Shown here in pieces: positions 36,959-48,400 of a DNA stretch of 64,000 nt; the stretch's first letter is position 1; the number at the start of each line of letters is the position of its first letter. The notes below the pieces were generated by a model that did not search any database, was not told the origin of the DNA, and worked only from the letters and a program-made list of their open reading frames with translations. Source of the stretch: Bacteroidota bacterium (GTDB lineage: Bacteria; Bacteroidota; Bacteroidia; Flavobacteriales; Flavobacteriaceae); the NCBI GenBank assembly GCA_018335575.1, contig JAGXRT010000034.1:8040-72039 (forward strand), in the 5' to 3' direction. The position numbers and the translations under genes were made by a program.

Positions 36959-38020
36959 TTAAAACCAGTTTTTACGTTTAAAAAATCGGAGCATTAGTAA
37001 AACAATTAAAACCATAATGCCCCAGGTAGTAAAATATCCATAGCGCCATTTTAGCTCGGGCATGTATTCAAAATTCATTCCGTAGATACCCACAATAAAT
37101 GTAAGCGGAATAAATATGGTGGCAATTACCGTTAATATTTGCATCACCTGATTCATTTTATTGTTGATACCCGATTGGTATAAATCCATTAAATTTTTAG
37201 TCATTTCGCGGTAGATATCAATACTCTCAGCTACTTGTAATAGGTTTTGATTAACATCATTAAAATAATGTAAGGTGTTTTTGTGTATTAATTTTATTTC
37301 ATCTTTTTGAATGGTTCCAACAGCTTCGCGTAATGGGCTGATTGATTTTCTTAACTGAATTAACTCGGTTTTTAAATCCTGAATTTCATGCAAAATTTCA
37401 GGTGTTTGGGTTTTTAACACAATGTCTTCAAGTTGCTCGATGCGTTCACTTAAATGTTCAACAATAAAAAAGTAATGGTCAACAACCGTATCTAATAGTC
37501 GGTAAAAAAGGTAATCAGTTTTTCGTTTTCTTATATTTCCTTTGGATTCTTTGATGCGCATACGGATAGAATCAAAGATGTCGCCGGGCTGTTCCTGAAA
37601 AGATATCACATAGTTTTTACCCAAAATAAAACTTACCTGTTCTTCTACAATTGATTTTTGATTTTCACTAATTCCAAGCATTTTTAGGGTTATGAACAAA
37701 TAATCGTCAAACTCTTCTAGTTTCGGTCGACTTAAGGTATTTACAATATCTTCCAATAATAACGGATGATGTCCAAAATTGGATCCGACGATATCAATGA
37801 TGTTGGTATTGTGTATCCCATCAATATTAATCCAGCTAACAGAATCTTTTTCTTTATAAGCAAAAACATCTTCAATAGCTTCGCACTCGAATTCATGAAA
37901 CGATGTTTCTGTATAATCAATTACAGAAATTTTAACCTTATTAGCTCGTTTTTTTCCAATGTGAACCAAAGTTCCTGGTGGTAAACCCGATTTTTTGGAT
38001 ACCTGTGATTTTTCCTTCAT
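36959..38020 (-). CDS. corA: Magnesium/cobalt transporter CorA
   Basis: Two C-terminal TM helices carry the signature YGMNFEYMPEL (GMN motif). Confidence 0.93.
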   Translation of the reverse strand: MKEKSQVSKKSGLPPGTLVHIGKKRANKVKISVIDYTETSFHEFECEAIEDVFAYKEKDSVSWINIDGIHNTNIIDIVGSNFGHHPLLLEDIVNTLSRPKLEEFDDYLFITLKMLGISENQKSIVEEQVSFILGKNYVISFQEQPGDIFDSIRMRIKESKGNIRKRKTDYLFYRLLDTVVDHYFFIVEHLSERIEQLEDIVLKTQTPEILHEIQDLKTELIQLRKSISPLREAVGTIQKDEIKLIHKNTLHYFNDVNQNLLQVAESIDIYREMTKNLMDLYQSGINNKMNQVMQILTVIATIFIPLTFIVGIYGMNFEYMPELKWRYGYFTTWGIMVLIVLLMLRFFKRKNWF

Positions 38021-38031
38021 AGAGCCTGATT

Positions 38032-38820
38032 TTATTTATAACATTTTTTTACAAATTGAGTTAAAGCATCCAATAACTCGGATTTGTTTTCAATATAACT
38101 CATATGCCCATCTTCAAATTCAACAATTTCTGTTTGTTTATTTTGTATGCTTTTCAAGGTAGCCTTATAATCAATAGCGCCATCGTTTTTACCTATAATG
38201 AGTTGTGTAGGTGCTTTAAGAGTGTTAAAAACAGCCGCTTTATCTTTTCGCAATTTCATTCCTTCCAACGAGGCAATAATTCCTTGCTGATTCATATTAA
38301 GTGCTTCGTTAATTACTTGATTGATTTCATTTTTAAACGATGTAAGATTGTAGGAAGCAAATAAATTTGGAATTGACATTCTGATAAAAGTCTTATGATT
38401 TTGTTTTACCGCTTCAATGGCCCGATCTCTGTTTATTTTTTTCTCTGGATTGTCAGCAAGGGGAGTAGAATTCATTAAACATAATCCTTTAATAGCAGTT
38501 GGGAAAAGTTGTGCTAATGATAAACCAACATAACCGCCCATGCTATGACCAATTACAATATAACGTCTAAGCTGCAATGAGTCTAGCAACGCTTTAACCA
38601 TTAAAGCTTGATCTTCCATGGTATGGATGTACCCAATATTTTCAGAATTACCGTGTCCTAACAGGTCAATTGCAATTACCCTGAAACGTGTTTGAAGTTG
38701 TTCTCTGATGTCTTTCCACATTTCAGCATTTTCTAAAAATCCGTGTAATAAAACCACAACCCGTCCTTTACCTTTAGAGGTATAATGAATGCTCGCTCCT
38801 TTATATTTAAATAGTCCCAT
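38032..38820 (-). CDS. Alpha/beta hydrolase
   Basis: HG oxyanion motif (VVLLHGF), nucleophile elbow GHSMGG, and a C-terminal His (DGHMS). Confidence 0.85.
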   Translation of the reverse strand: MGLFKYKGASIHYTSKGKGRVVVLLHGFLENAEMWKDIREQLQTRFRVIAIDLLGHGNSENIGYIHTMEDQALMVKALLDSLQLRRYIVIGHSMGGYVGLSLAQLFPTAIKGLCLMNSTPLADNPEKKINRDRAIEAVKQNHKTFIRMSIPNLFASYNLTSFKNEINQVINEALNMNQQGIIASLEGMKLRKDKAAVFNTLKAPTQLIIGKNDGAIDYKATLKSIQNKQTEIVEFEDGHMSYIENKSELLDALTQFVKKCYK

Positions 38821-38832
38821 ATTTATAAAGAT

Positions 38833-38870
38833 AAAAAATCCTGACCAATTTTGATAATCAGTCAGGATTT
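38833..38870 (-). terminator. Rho-independent terminator for pepP
   Basis: AAATCCTGAC (38836-38845) pairs with GTCAGGATTT (38861-38870) around a 15-nt loop. A T-run follows on the minus strand. Confidence 0.7.
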
Positions 38871-38889
38871 ATAAGGTGTTAAAATTATT

Positions 38890-40182
38890 TTATTTTTTCA
38901 TTAATGCCTCAATTTCGTCAGCTTCAATTGGAATACTAGCCATTAAGTTAAAAGGAGCACCTTTTTCTTGAATTACATAATCATCTTCCAAGCGAATACC
39001 TAAATTTTCTTCTGGGATATAAATTCCAGGTTCAACAGTAAATACCATTCCGGCTTGCATGGGCTCAGTTAAAATGCCGTAATCGTGCGTATCTAGACCA
39101 ATATGATGCGAAGTGCCGTGCATAAAATATTTCTTATAAGCAGGCCAATCCGGATTTTCATTTTTTACATCTTCTTCGGTAATCAGGCCTAAACCTATTA
39201 ATTCACGCGTCATAATTTTACCAACTTCTACATGGTATTTAGCCCAGTCATTACCCACAACCAACATTGCGGCTGCTTCATTTTTTACTCTTAAGACGGC
39301 ATTGTACACGTCTTTTTGTCGAGGTGTAAATTTTCCTGATACCGGAACGCAACGGGTTAAATCTGAGCTGTAATTAGCGTATTGTGCGCCTACATCCATT
39401 AAGATAACTTCACCTTCTTTACAAACCTGATTATTTTCTATATAGTGTAATACGCAGGCATTGTATCCGCTTCCGATAATAGGTGTATAGGCAAAACCAT
39501 TGGCGCGGTTGCGTAAAAACTCGTGGGCAAATTCGGCTTCAATTTCATATTCGGCAACGCCAGCTTTAACAAATCCTAAAACACGTCTAAATCCTTTTTC
39601 AGTAATATTACAAGCTTCTTGAATTAACGCAATTTCTTGAGGCTCTTTTACTGAACGCAGCCTCTGTAAAATTGGCTGACTTCTTAAATAAGTATGCGCA
39701 GGATATTTTTCCTGTAACCACTTAACGAAACGCGCCTCGCGAGTTTCAGTTTCAATTTTTGCCCGGTAATGTTCGTTGGTGTTGATATATACGTTTTCTG
39801 CCTGAGTCATCAATTCAAAAAAAACTTTTTCAAATTCTTGTAGCCAGTAAACGGTTTTAATGCCGGTTGTTTCAAATGCTTTTTCTTTAGTTAATTTTTC
39901 ACCCTCCCAAACAGCGATATGATCGTTGGTTTCTTTTAAAAACAACATTTCTTTATGCTGTGTTTTAGGCGCATCCGGAAAAATAACCAAGATACTTTCT
40001 TCTTGGTCAACCCCTGATAAGTAAAAAATATCGCGGTGTTGCGCAAATGGTAAGGTGCTATCTGCACTTACTGGGTATATATCATTGGAATTAAAAACAG
40101 CTAATGAGTTTGGTTTCATTTTAGCAGCAAATTTTGCTCTGTTTTTAATAAATAATTGTCTGTCAATTGGTAAGTATTTCAT
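38890..40182 (-). CDS. pepP: Xaa-Pro aminopeptidase (M24B)
   Basis: An N-terminal AMP_N-like domain is followed by the M24 metal-ligand blocks LMDVGAQY, HGTSHHIGLDTHD, and VFTVEPGIY. Confidence 0.9.
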   Translation of the reverse strand: MKYLPIDRQLFIKNRAKFAAKMKPNSLAVFNSNDIYPVSADSTLPFAQHRDIFYLSGVDQEESILVIFPDAPKTQHKEMLFLKETNDHIAVWEGEKLTKEKAFETTGIKTVYWLQEFEKVFFELMTQAENVYINTNEHYRAKIETETREARFVKWLQEKYPAHTYLRSQPILQRLRSVKEPQEIALIQEACNITEKGFRRVLGFVKAGVAEYEIEAEFAHEFLRNRANGFAYTPIIGSGYNACVLHYIENNQVCKEGEVILMDVGAQYANYSSDLTRCVPVSGKFTPRQKDVYNAVLRVKNEAAAMLVVGNDWAKYHVEVGKIMTRELIGLGLITEEDVKNENPDWPAYKKYFMHGTSHHIGLDTHDYGILTEPMQAGMVFTVEPGIYIPEENLGIRLEDDYVIQEKGAPFNLMASIPIEADEIEALMKK

Positions 40183-40210
40183 TTGAGTAAATTTATATTT
40201 TGTTGTGCTT

Positions 40211-40218
40211 CAAAGTTA
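40211..40218 (-). promoter_or_regulatory. -7 box (TAACTTTG on minus strand) for pepP
   Basis: CAAAGTTA on the plus strand, 29 nt upstream of the pepP ATG. Confidence 0.4.
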
Positions 40219-40249
40219 AGAATTAAAAAATAATTGATTGTTACAAAAA

Positions 40250-41500
40250 TTAAAAGGTCAGGTCTTTTACAATAATTAAATCGTCTCTTTTTACAGTTAC
40301 TTTAATAGTTTGTCCTTTTTCAAATTTTCCAAGGGCATCCATATAACTCATCATATCAACAACTTCATGTTCACCAAGTTTTATAACGATATCACCTTTA
40401 ATTAATCCGGCATTATGAGCAGGTTTCCCATCAGAAACACCATCAATCCGCATTCCTTTATCACTATACATAAAATCGGGGATTACCCCTAAGGTAACTT
40501 TTAAGTTTCTGTTTCTGTTTGATTCGTCTTTTGTTTTGGTAAATAAAGGAACCGGTTTACTGTTGGCAATGGTTAATAAATTTTCAATGTAATCTACGAC
40601 CAATTCGAGTCCTTCATAATTGATTAATTCTGCGTCATCAGAAGGTTTATGATAATCTTGATGTTGTCCAGTAAAAAAGTGTAATACTGGTAAGTCTTGA
40701 AGGTAAAATGAAGTGTGATCTGACGGTCCTACACCCGATTCGTGTTTGTTAATTTTAAAATCAGGCTCTTTGATGGTTTGAATAATTTCCTCCCAAAGTG
40801 GTGAAGTTCCGGTGCCGTAAATGGCCATTCTTTTTTCAGTGTCCAATCGGCCAACCATATCCATATTAATCATAAAGGCGACATTTTTTATGTCAATTGT
40901 GGGATTTTTAGCAAAAAAACTAGAACCCCAGAGACCTTGTTCTTCACCGGAAAATGCTAAAAATAAATAATTATAATTTTTAAGCTTAAGTTTTTTAATG
41001 CGTTCTGCAAGGGCTAACATGGCCGCCACTCCACTTGCATTATCATCGGCTCCATTATGGATTTCATTTTTATCGGCACCTACCAATGAACCACCTAATT
41101 GACCATAGCCTAAATGATCGTAATGTGCACCAATAATTACTGTTTTTTGTGCTTTGTGATCTAAAAATCCAACAACATTATAACCTTTAATAGAAGCGGT
41201 ATCTTGAGTTGCGCTATGAGGACTTACTTTAGGTTTAGCGTAAAAAGGTTGTAAATAGCTGTTAGATATTCCTGCTTTTTTTAACCCCATTTTTTTATAG
41301 CGTTTTATAATGTATTCGTAGGCTAATTTTTCACCTGCTGAGCCCACTAAACGACCTTCCATCTCATCAGCGGCTAAAGTTGTAACATCTTTTTTAATTG
41401 AAGGAATTTGATTTTTTGTAAATACTTGTTGTGCATTAATTGATATTGATTGCATCATTACAACTAACAAAAAAGCGTATAACAGGCCTATAGATTTCAT
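40250..41500 (-). CDS. Secreted M28 aminopeptidase with C-terminal PDZ domain
   Basis: Signal peptide, the M28 blocks GAHYDHLG, GADDNASGVAAML, and FSGEEQGLWGS, and a PDZ-like tail (GKPAHNAGLIKGDIVIKLG). Confidence 0.88.
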   Translation of the reverse strand: MKSIGLLYAFLLVVMMQSISINAQQVFTKNQIPSIKKDVTTLAADEMEGRLVGSAGEKLAYEYIIKRYKKMGLKKAGISNSYLQPFYAKPKVSPHSATQDTASIKGYNVVGFLDHKAQKTVIIGAHYDHLGYGQLGGSLVGADKNEIHNGADDNASGVAAMLALAERIKKLKLKNYNYLFLAFSGEEQGLWGSSFFAKNPTIDIKNVAFMINMDMVGRLDTEKRMAIYGTGTSPLWEEIIQTIKEPDFKINKHESGVGPSDHTSFYLQDLPVLHFFTGQHQDYHKPSDDAELINYEGLELVVDYIENLLTIANSKPVPLFTKTKDESNRNRNLKVTLGVIPDFMYSDKGMRIDGVSDGKPAHNAGLIKGDIVIKLGEHEVVDMMSYMDALGKFEKGQTIKVTVKRDDLIIVKDLTF

Positions 41501-41700
41501 AGTTTATTAAATTAAATTACGTTTATGTCGTTTTTTTATTTTGATTTTAAAAATACGCATTAAATTAAAATTGAATAAAAATACTGTTGGTTTTTTAGTT
41601 TAGCACTATATTAAAGTAAAACCGAAAGATTAATTTTAGTAGTTTACAATTGATTATTTTTCAATGTAGGATATAAATAGTTATTTATAATTCAAATTTA

Positions 41701-41708
41701 TACATTTG
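41701..41708 (+). promoter_or_regulatory. -7 box (TACATTTG) for chaN-like gene
   Basis: A TAnnTTTG match lies 22 nt upstream of ATG 41731. Confidence 0.45.
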
Positions 41709-41730
41709 TGCATAATCAATAACATTTACC

Positions 41731-42585
41731 ATGAAAAAGCTCTTTTTATCGATTGTTTTTCTTTGGATTTCTACCATTGGATTTTCTCAAAACAAACCTG
41801 CATATCAAATTTTTAATACTAATGGAAAAAAAGTTAGCTATCAGAAAATGTTGAAAGAAATGAGTAAAGCCGAAATAGTACTTTTTGGAGAACTTCACAA
41901 CAATCCAATTACACATTGGCTTCAATTAGAAACGCTAAAAGACTTGCATCAAAAAAGAGCGATTTCTTTGGGGGCAGAAATGTTTGAAGCAGATAATCAG
42001 CATGGAGTTGATGAGTATTTAGCCGGAAGAATTAGCTCTAAAGAACTAGGAACGCTTGTAAGATTGTGGAATAATTTTAGTACCGATTACAAACCATTAT
42101 TGGATTTTGCTAAGAAAAACCAGATAAAATTTGTAGCCACAAACGTACCTCGTTCTTACGCCAATTTGGTGTACAAAAATGGATTTCAGGTTTTGGATAC
42201 CTTTTCAATGGTTAATAAAAAATGGATGGCTCCTCTACCAATAGCCTATGATGCCAATTTGCCAGGCTATCAAAATATGATTAAAATGTCCGGAGGTCAT
42301 GGTGGCGAAAATTTACCAAAAGCCCAGGCCTTAAAAGATGCAACAATGGCTTATTTTATTCTTGAAAACATGGAAAAAGATAAATTGTTTATTCATTATA
42401 ACGGCACTTATCATTCAGACTTTTTCGAAGGAATCGGATGGTACTTGAAACATAAAAATCCATCAATTAAAATTGTAACCATCGCAACGGCAGAACAAGG
42501 AAATTTGAAAACCTTGGATAAAGAACATAAAAATAAAGCCTCATTTATTATAGTTGTTGATGAAGAAATGACCAAAACATATTAA
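41731..42585 (+). CDS. ChaN-family (haem-binding uptake / Tiki-fold) protein
   Basis: Signal peptide, the motif VLFGELHNNPITHW, and the later GGHGGENL and HYNGTYHSD blocks, as in the ChaN/DUF399 family. Confidence 0.75.
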   Translation: MKKLFLSIVFLWISTIGFSQNKPAYQIFNTNGKKVSYQKMLKEMSKAEIVLFGELHNNPITHWLQLETLKDLHQKRAISLGAEMFEADNQHGVDEYLAGRISSKELGTLVRLWNNFSTDYKPLLDFAKKNQIKFVATNVPRSYANLVYKNGFQVLDTFSMVNKKWMAPLPIAYDANLPGYQNMIKMSGGHGGENLPKAQALKDATMAYFILENMEKDKLFIHYNGTYHSDFFEGIGWYLKHKNPSIKIVTIATAEQGNLKTLDKEHKNKASFIIVVDEEMTKTY

Positions 42586-42595
42586 AATTAGTACC

Positions 42596-45367
42596 ATGAA
42601 AAAATTTCACATTTTAATCAGTGCCCTGTTTTATTTTATTAGCATTAATTCTCAAAATTTAGTTAAAAACATCCCATTTACCAATATTGGTCCAACCATC
42701 ATGAGTGGTCGTGTGGTTGATATGGATGTAAACCCAGAAAAACCTACTGAATTTTATGTCGCTTATGCGTCGGGAGGTTTGTGGTATACTAACAACAATG
42801 GCACATCCTTTACTCCGGTTATGGATAATGCACCTACTCAAAATATTGGAGATATTGCGGTTGACTGGAAAAGCAGCACCATATGGGTTGGAACAGGTGA
42901 AAATAATTCATCGCGTTCATCGTATGCAGGTATCGGAATTTTAAAAAGTACCGATAAAGGCAAATCATGGATCAATGTTGGATTAACAGATTCGCATCAT
43001 GTAAGCAGAATAGTACTCAATCCAACCAATCCAAATGAATTAATTGTTGCAGTTATCGGTCATTTATACACCAACAATAATGAACGTGGAATCTTTAAAT
43101 CTGTAGATGGTGGAACAACCTGGAAACACACCTTATTTATCAATGATGCAACAGGCGTTATTGATTTATCAGTAGCACCGGATAATTTTAAGGTGATGTA
43201 TGCATCGGCCTGGCAACGCGATAGAAAAGCATGGCATTTTGATGGAGATGGGCCTCATTCAGGAATTTATAAAAGTATTGATGCTGGGGAAACTTGGCAA
43301 TTGCTATCAACTAAAGAAAGTGGTTTTCCAACAGGAGAAGGCGTTGGCCGAATTGGATTAGCAGCGTTTAATGAAAATATCGTTTATGCCATACACGACA
43401 ATCAGTTTAGAAGAGCAAAAGAAGAAAAAACGAAAGAAGAAAATCAACTTTCAAAAGAAGATTTTAAAGTTATGTCTGTTGAAACATTTCTAGACCTCGA
43501 TGTTAAAAAACTCAATAATTTTTTAAAAGAAAATGGTTTTCAAGAGAAGTATCGCGCAGAAAATGTGAAAAATTTAGTCAAATCGGGTGTGGTAAAACCG
43601 GCCGATTTAGCCCATTATTTAGAAGATGCCAATTCAGAATTGTTTGATACACCTGTTGTTGGAGCCGAAGTTTACAAATCAATCGATGGAGGAAAAACTT
43701 GGAAAAAAACACATGATGAGTTTCTAGATGATATTTATTTCTCGTATGGTTATTATTTTGGGCATATTTATGTGAACCCAAAACACGAAGAACAACTCTA
43801 TATTTACGGTGTTCCTATTTTAAAATCAAAAGACAGCGGAAAAACATTTACAGCTATTAATGGTGATAATGTGCACGTAGATCATCATTACTTATGGATT
43901 AATCCAAATTTAACCGGTCATTTAATTAATGGAAATGATGGCGGAGTAAATATAACCTATGATGATGGGGCCAATTGGATAAAATGCAATACTCCGGCAG
44001 TAGGCCAATTTTACGCCATTAATGTGGATGATGCTAAACCTTATAATGTATATGGCGGATTGCAAGACAACGGTGTTTGGAAAGGTCCTAGTAACTATAA
44101 GGCGTCAGTAGATTGGCATCAAGAAGGAGAATATCCGTATAAATCTATAATGGGCGGTGACGGTATGCAAGTAGAAATTGATAAACGCGATAAAAATATT
44201 GTTTATACCGGATTTCAGTTTGGAAACTATTATCGATTGGATTTAAAATCAAACAAAAGAAATAACATACAACCAAAACATGATTTGGGAGAAACACCGT
44301 TGCGTTTTAATTGGCAAACACCAATTCATTTGTCTGTTCATAATCAAGATATATTATATTATGGAAGTAACAAATTACATCGATCACTAAATAAAGGTGA
44401 TGAGTGGGCAACTATTTCTTCAGATTTAACCTTAGGCGGCAAAAAAGGAAATGTGGCCTATGGAACGTTGACCAGCATTTCAGAAAGTCCGTTTCAATTT
44501 GGGTTTATCTACGTAGGTTCAGATGATGGATTAGTGCATATTACCGAAAACGGTGGCGGAAGTTGGACTAAAATTTCCGATTCGTTTCCTAAAGAATTAT
44601 GGGTTTCGCGAGTTATTGCATCGGCACACAAAAAAGAGCGTGTGTATGTAGCCTTAAACGGATATCGAAACGATGATTTTAAACCGTATTTATTTGTTTC
44701 TGATGATAAAGGAACAACATGGAAATCAATAAGTAATAATCTTCCAAATTTTCCAATCAATGTAATTAAAGAAGATCCAATCAATAAAAAATTAGTGTAT
44801 GTAGGAAATGATAATGGTGTTTTTGTTTCGATGGATGGCGGTAACTCGTGGCAGGAATTTCAAAAAAACTTACCAAAAGTAGCCGTACATGATTTGGTTG
44901 TTCAAAAAGAAGCCAAAGACTTGGTAATTGGAACACACGGTAGATCGATTTACAAAGCACATATAGACCCCTTACAACAGTTTGAGAAAACTAAGAATAA
45001 ATCAGCTTTAATTTTTAATGTTGATGAGGTTCGATATAATAAAAACTGGGGAAGTTCATGGAGCAAATGGTTAACACCTACAGAACCAAAAATTACCATT
45101 CCTTTTTATGTAGCTAAAGAAGGCACCTATCAAATCGTTGTAAAATCTGAAGATGGAATAGAGCTTAACAGGTTTGAATACAAAGCAGATGCTGGTTATA
45201 ATTATGCTGATTTTGTGATTAAATACAACGAAACCGGAAAGAAAAATTACCTTAAAAAGCATAAAGATGCTGTAATTACAACCGCAAAAAATGGACAGGA
45301 TTACTTTATAAAAGGCAAATTCCAAGTTGAGATTGGCGATGCCAAGCAAGTATTTGAAATCAAGTAA
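42596..45367 (+). CDS. Sortilin/VPS10-type BNR-repeat beta-propeller protein (paralog 1)
   Basis: Signal peptide plus many SxDxGxTW BNR/Asp-box repeats (STDKGKSW, SVDGGTTW, SIDAGETW, SIDGGKTW, SDDKGTTW, SMDGGNSW). Confidence 0.85.
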   Translation: MKKFHILISALFYFISINSQNLVKNIPFTNIGPTIMSGRVVDMDVNPEKPTEFYVAYASGGLWYTNNNGTSFTPVMDNAPTQNIGDIAVDWKSSTIWVGTGENNSSRSSYAGIGILKSTDKGKSWINVGLTDSHHVSRIVLNPTNPNELIVAVIGHLYTNNNERGIFKSVDGGTTWKHTLFINDATGVIDLSVAPDNFKVMYASAWQRDRKAWHFDGDGPHSGIYKSIDAGETWQLLSTKESGFPTGEGVGRIGLAAFNENIVYAIHDNQFRRAKEEKTKEENQLSKEDFKVMSVETFLDLDVKKLNNFLKENGFQEKYRAENVKNLVKSGVVKPADLAHYLEDANSELFDTPVVGAEVYKSIDGGKTWKKTHDEFLDDIYFSYGYYFGHIYVNPKHEEQLYIYGVPILKSKDSGKTFTAINGDNVHVDHHYLWINPNLTGHLINGNDGGVNITYDDGANWIKCNTPAVGQFYAINVDDAKPYNVYGGLQDNGVWKGPSNYKASVDWHQEGEYPYKSIMGGDGMQVEIDKRDKNIVYTGFQFGNYYRLDLKSNKRNNIQPKHDLGETPLRFNWQTPIHLSVHNQDILYYGSNKLHRSLNKGDEWATISSDLTLGGKKGNVAYGTLTSISESPFQFGFIYVGSDDGLVHITENGGGSWTKISDSFPKELWVSRVIASAHKKERVYVALNGYRNDDFKPYLFVSDDKGTTWKSISNNLPNFPINVIKEDPINKKLVYVGNDNGVFVSMDGGNSWQEFQKNLPKVAVHDLVVQKEAKDLVIGTHGRSIYKAHIDPLQQFEKTKNKSALIFNVDEVRYNKNWGSSWSKWLTPTEPKITIPFYVAKEGTYQIVVKSEDGIELNRFEYKADAGYNYADFVIKYNETGKKNYLKKHKDAVITTAKNGQDYFIKGKFQVEIGDAKQVFEIK

Positions 45368-45399
45368 AAAAACGCCCGATTTAATCGGGCGTTTTTTTT
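45366..45399. terminator. Bidirectional rho-independent terminator between the two BNR paralogs
   Basis: AAAAAAACGCCCGAT-TTA-ATCGGGCGTTTTTTTT gives an 8-bp GC-rich stem with long A and T runs. Confidence 0.85.
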
Positions 45400-45406
45400 A
45401 CATTAA

Positions 45407-48400
45407 TTAAAACGTTTTGGATTCTTTAAATAAACTGAGGTTGAGTTTTTCAATTTCATTTTTATATTCAACCCAATCTTTTTGATAAAATGCATTTATA
45501 GTTGCTTTGTAGGTTTCAAATGCATTTATTGCATTTTCTAACAATTGTTTTTCTGTAGAACCTGGTAATTGAATCAAATCATTGATGTACGAATAGGCTG
45601 TGAATAAGTTTGAAACTACCGTAGGATCGGTACTTCGCGTAATACCTTGTCTTTTATCTTCTTTGCCCAATAACTCATCTACATAACCATCCAATTTTTT
45701 CGAAATTGTGTCGTGTTTTTTAATTAAATCGGCGTATTTTTTATCCTTTAAATCAGATAATTGTTTTTTGTAATTTTTTACAATTTCTTTGGATTCATTG
45801 AGTTGCTGACTGATATTAGCCATCTGTTCCATGGTTTTTTCAACATCCTTTAAAAGCTTATATTTGGTTTCTAACACGTCGTTGGCTAACTGAATTCTTG
45901 GATCAAATTCGACTTGTACCGATGTTGAATCTTTTTCTTTTCCATGCGATAATACCAATTTATAGGTTCCCGGTAAAGCACTTACACCTCTTGGTTCCCA
46001 GTTTCCACGTCGTTGCGAAGTAGCTCTTGATGGTCTGCGTACACCTTTTTCATCAAGCCTCCAAGTTATCTTATGCAAGCCGTTTTCATCCGGAGATTTT
46101 TGTTTAATGGTGCGTATCAATTCATTTTTCTGATTGTACACATTTAAAACTATCGAATCATTTTTTGGTTTAGAATCGGGTTTTAACTTGGTAGTCTCTT
46201 TAGATTCTTTATTTATTTCTTTGGATTCTGACGGTTTATTAAAAATATAACTAATCTGTGCACCATCATTTTTATTTTCGCCATTATAGGTTGCATTGGC
46301 TCCAAATCGAACTCCTGCAGGCTGTTGTTTTTCTGTAATATAGGCTTTAGCCGGTTCAACTATTTTTAGTGGTTTATTTAGACTTTCAATACCTGTTTTT
46401 GCCAATTCTCTAAGCGGACGAATATCGTCTAAAATCCAGAAAGATCGACCAAAGGTACCTATTACCAAATCGTGTTCTGTTGGATGAATTACCAAATCCA
46501 TGGTTGGTACCGACGGATACTCATTGGTCCACTTTGTCCAGTTTTTTCCTTCATCAATACTAAAATAAAGTCCGTATTCAGTTCCTAAAAAGAGTAGGTT
46601 TTTAACGATAGGGTCTTGAACAAACGATAAAGTATAACCAAAAGACTCATCTTTTTTATCGAGTAAACTTTCCCAAGTTTTACCATAATCACGAGTTCTA
46701 TATAAGTATGGTTTAAAATCGAATTGACGGTAATTATTTACTACAACATAGGCTTCGCCAGCATTAAACGCTGATGTTTTAATTTGTGCAACCCAACTGT
46801 CTTTTGGCATTCCTTTGATATTTATAGCTACATTAGTCCAGGTTTCACCACCATTTCTTGAAATTTGAATATTTCCATCATCAGTTCCAACCCAAAGCAA
46901 TCCTTTTTCTAGCGTACTTGGTATTATAGCTAATATGGTACAATGATTTTCTGCTCCGGTAGCATCCATAGTTAAGCCACCACTTTCATGTTGTTTTTGT
47001 TTTTCAGGGTTATTAGTGGTTAAATCGGGTGAAATGATTTTCCACTCATGTCCTTGGTTGGTTGATTTGTGCACAAACTGACTTCCAAAATAAATGGTTT
47101 CATTGTCAATTGGATCTACAGCTATTGCAGAATTCCAATTAAAACGCAATTTCATTTTAGGGTCTGGATGCGTTGGTTTGATGTTCTTTATATTACCTGT
47201 TAACTTATCAAATCTGCCCACATTACCTCCCTGTGACATGGCGTAACCATATCGATTGTCTTTTAAATCTGGAACTACATCAAACCCATCGCCAAACATT
47301 ACTTCCTGCCAGTATGTGTTTCTAATTCCCTGATCTTTTAACACATAAGCCGGTCCATACCAAGAGCCGTTATCTTGCATGCCGCCGTAAACATTATACG
47401 GAAAATCGTTGTCGACGTTAACGTGATAGAACTGACCAACAGGTAAATTTTCAACAAAACGCCATGTTTTACCGCGATCGTACGAAATGTTTAAGCCCCC
47501 GTCATTACCATCGATAATGTAATTTGGATTTGTTGGATGAATCCACCAGGCATGATGATCTGGATGTACACCTTTAGTTGTTCCATAAGCCGGCATTAAA
47601 TCTTCAAAAGTTTTTCCTCCATCAATACTTACAGTAACATAGGTATGAATACTATACAGGCGATATTCATTTAATGGGTCTACATAAATCTCAGCATAAT
47701 AAAACGGACGGTTGTTGATGTTCTCGGTTTCGTTGATTTTTTTCCAATTAAAGCCGCCATCATCAGAACGATAAAGTCCATTTTTTTCGGCCTCAACTAA
47801 AGCATAAATCATTTTAGGATTGCTTGGCGCAATTGCTAAACCAACTCTTCCTAAATGACCTTTTGGTAAGCCATCTTTATCTGTTTTTTTAGTCCAGTTA
47901 GCTCCGCCATCAAACGAAATGTAAATACCTGAACCTTCGCCCCCCGATTTAAAAAACCACGGATCTCGTTTGTGTTCCCACATCGATGCAATGAGTTTAT
48001 TCGGATTTGAACTATCAACAACCAGTTCGGCACAACCTGTTTTGTTGTTTACAAACAAAACATTTTTCCATGTTTTTCCGCCATCAACGGTTTTAAAAAC
48101 ACCGCGTTCTGGATGTTCTCCCCAGGGTGATCCTATTGCAGCCACATAAACTGTATTTGGATTGTCACGATCTATGATGATGCGGTGGATATTGCGGGTT
48201 TTTTCTAGTCCCATTAATTGCCAGTTTTTACCGCCGTCAATACTTTTATAAATACCGTAACCGCCATTTAAACTGTTTCTTGGATTTCCTTCGCCGGTAC
48301 CAACCCAAATTACATCGGGATTGCTCTGTTGTATTGTAATGGCTCCAATTGACTGTACGGGTTGTTTGTCAAAGATAGGCTCCCACTCCAAGCCACCACT

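Noticed and set aside
41709-41730. Fur-like sequence (GCATAATCAATAACATT) in the chaN leader as a fourth copy of the recurring motif
   Set aside because: It shares only the ATAATCA half with copy B and lacks the TTCTAAAT half. This is too weak to count, though an iron box here would be plausible.
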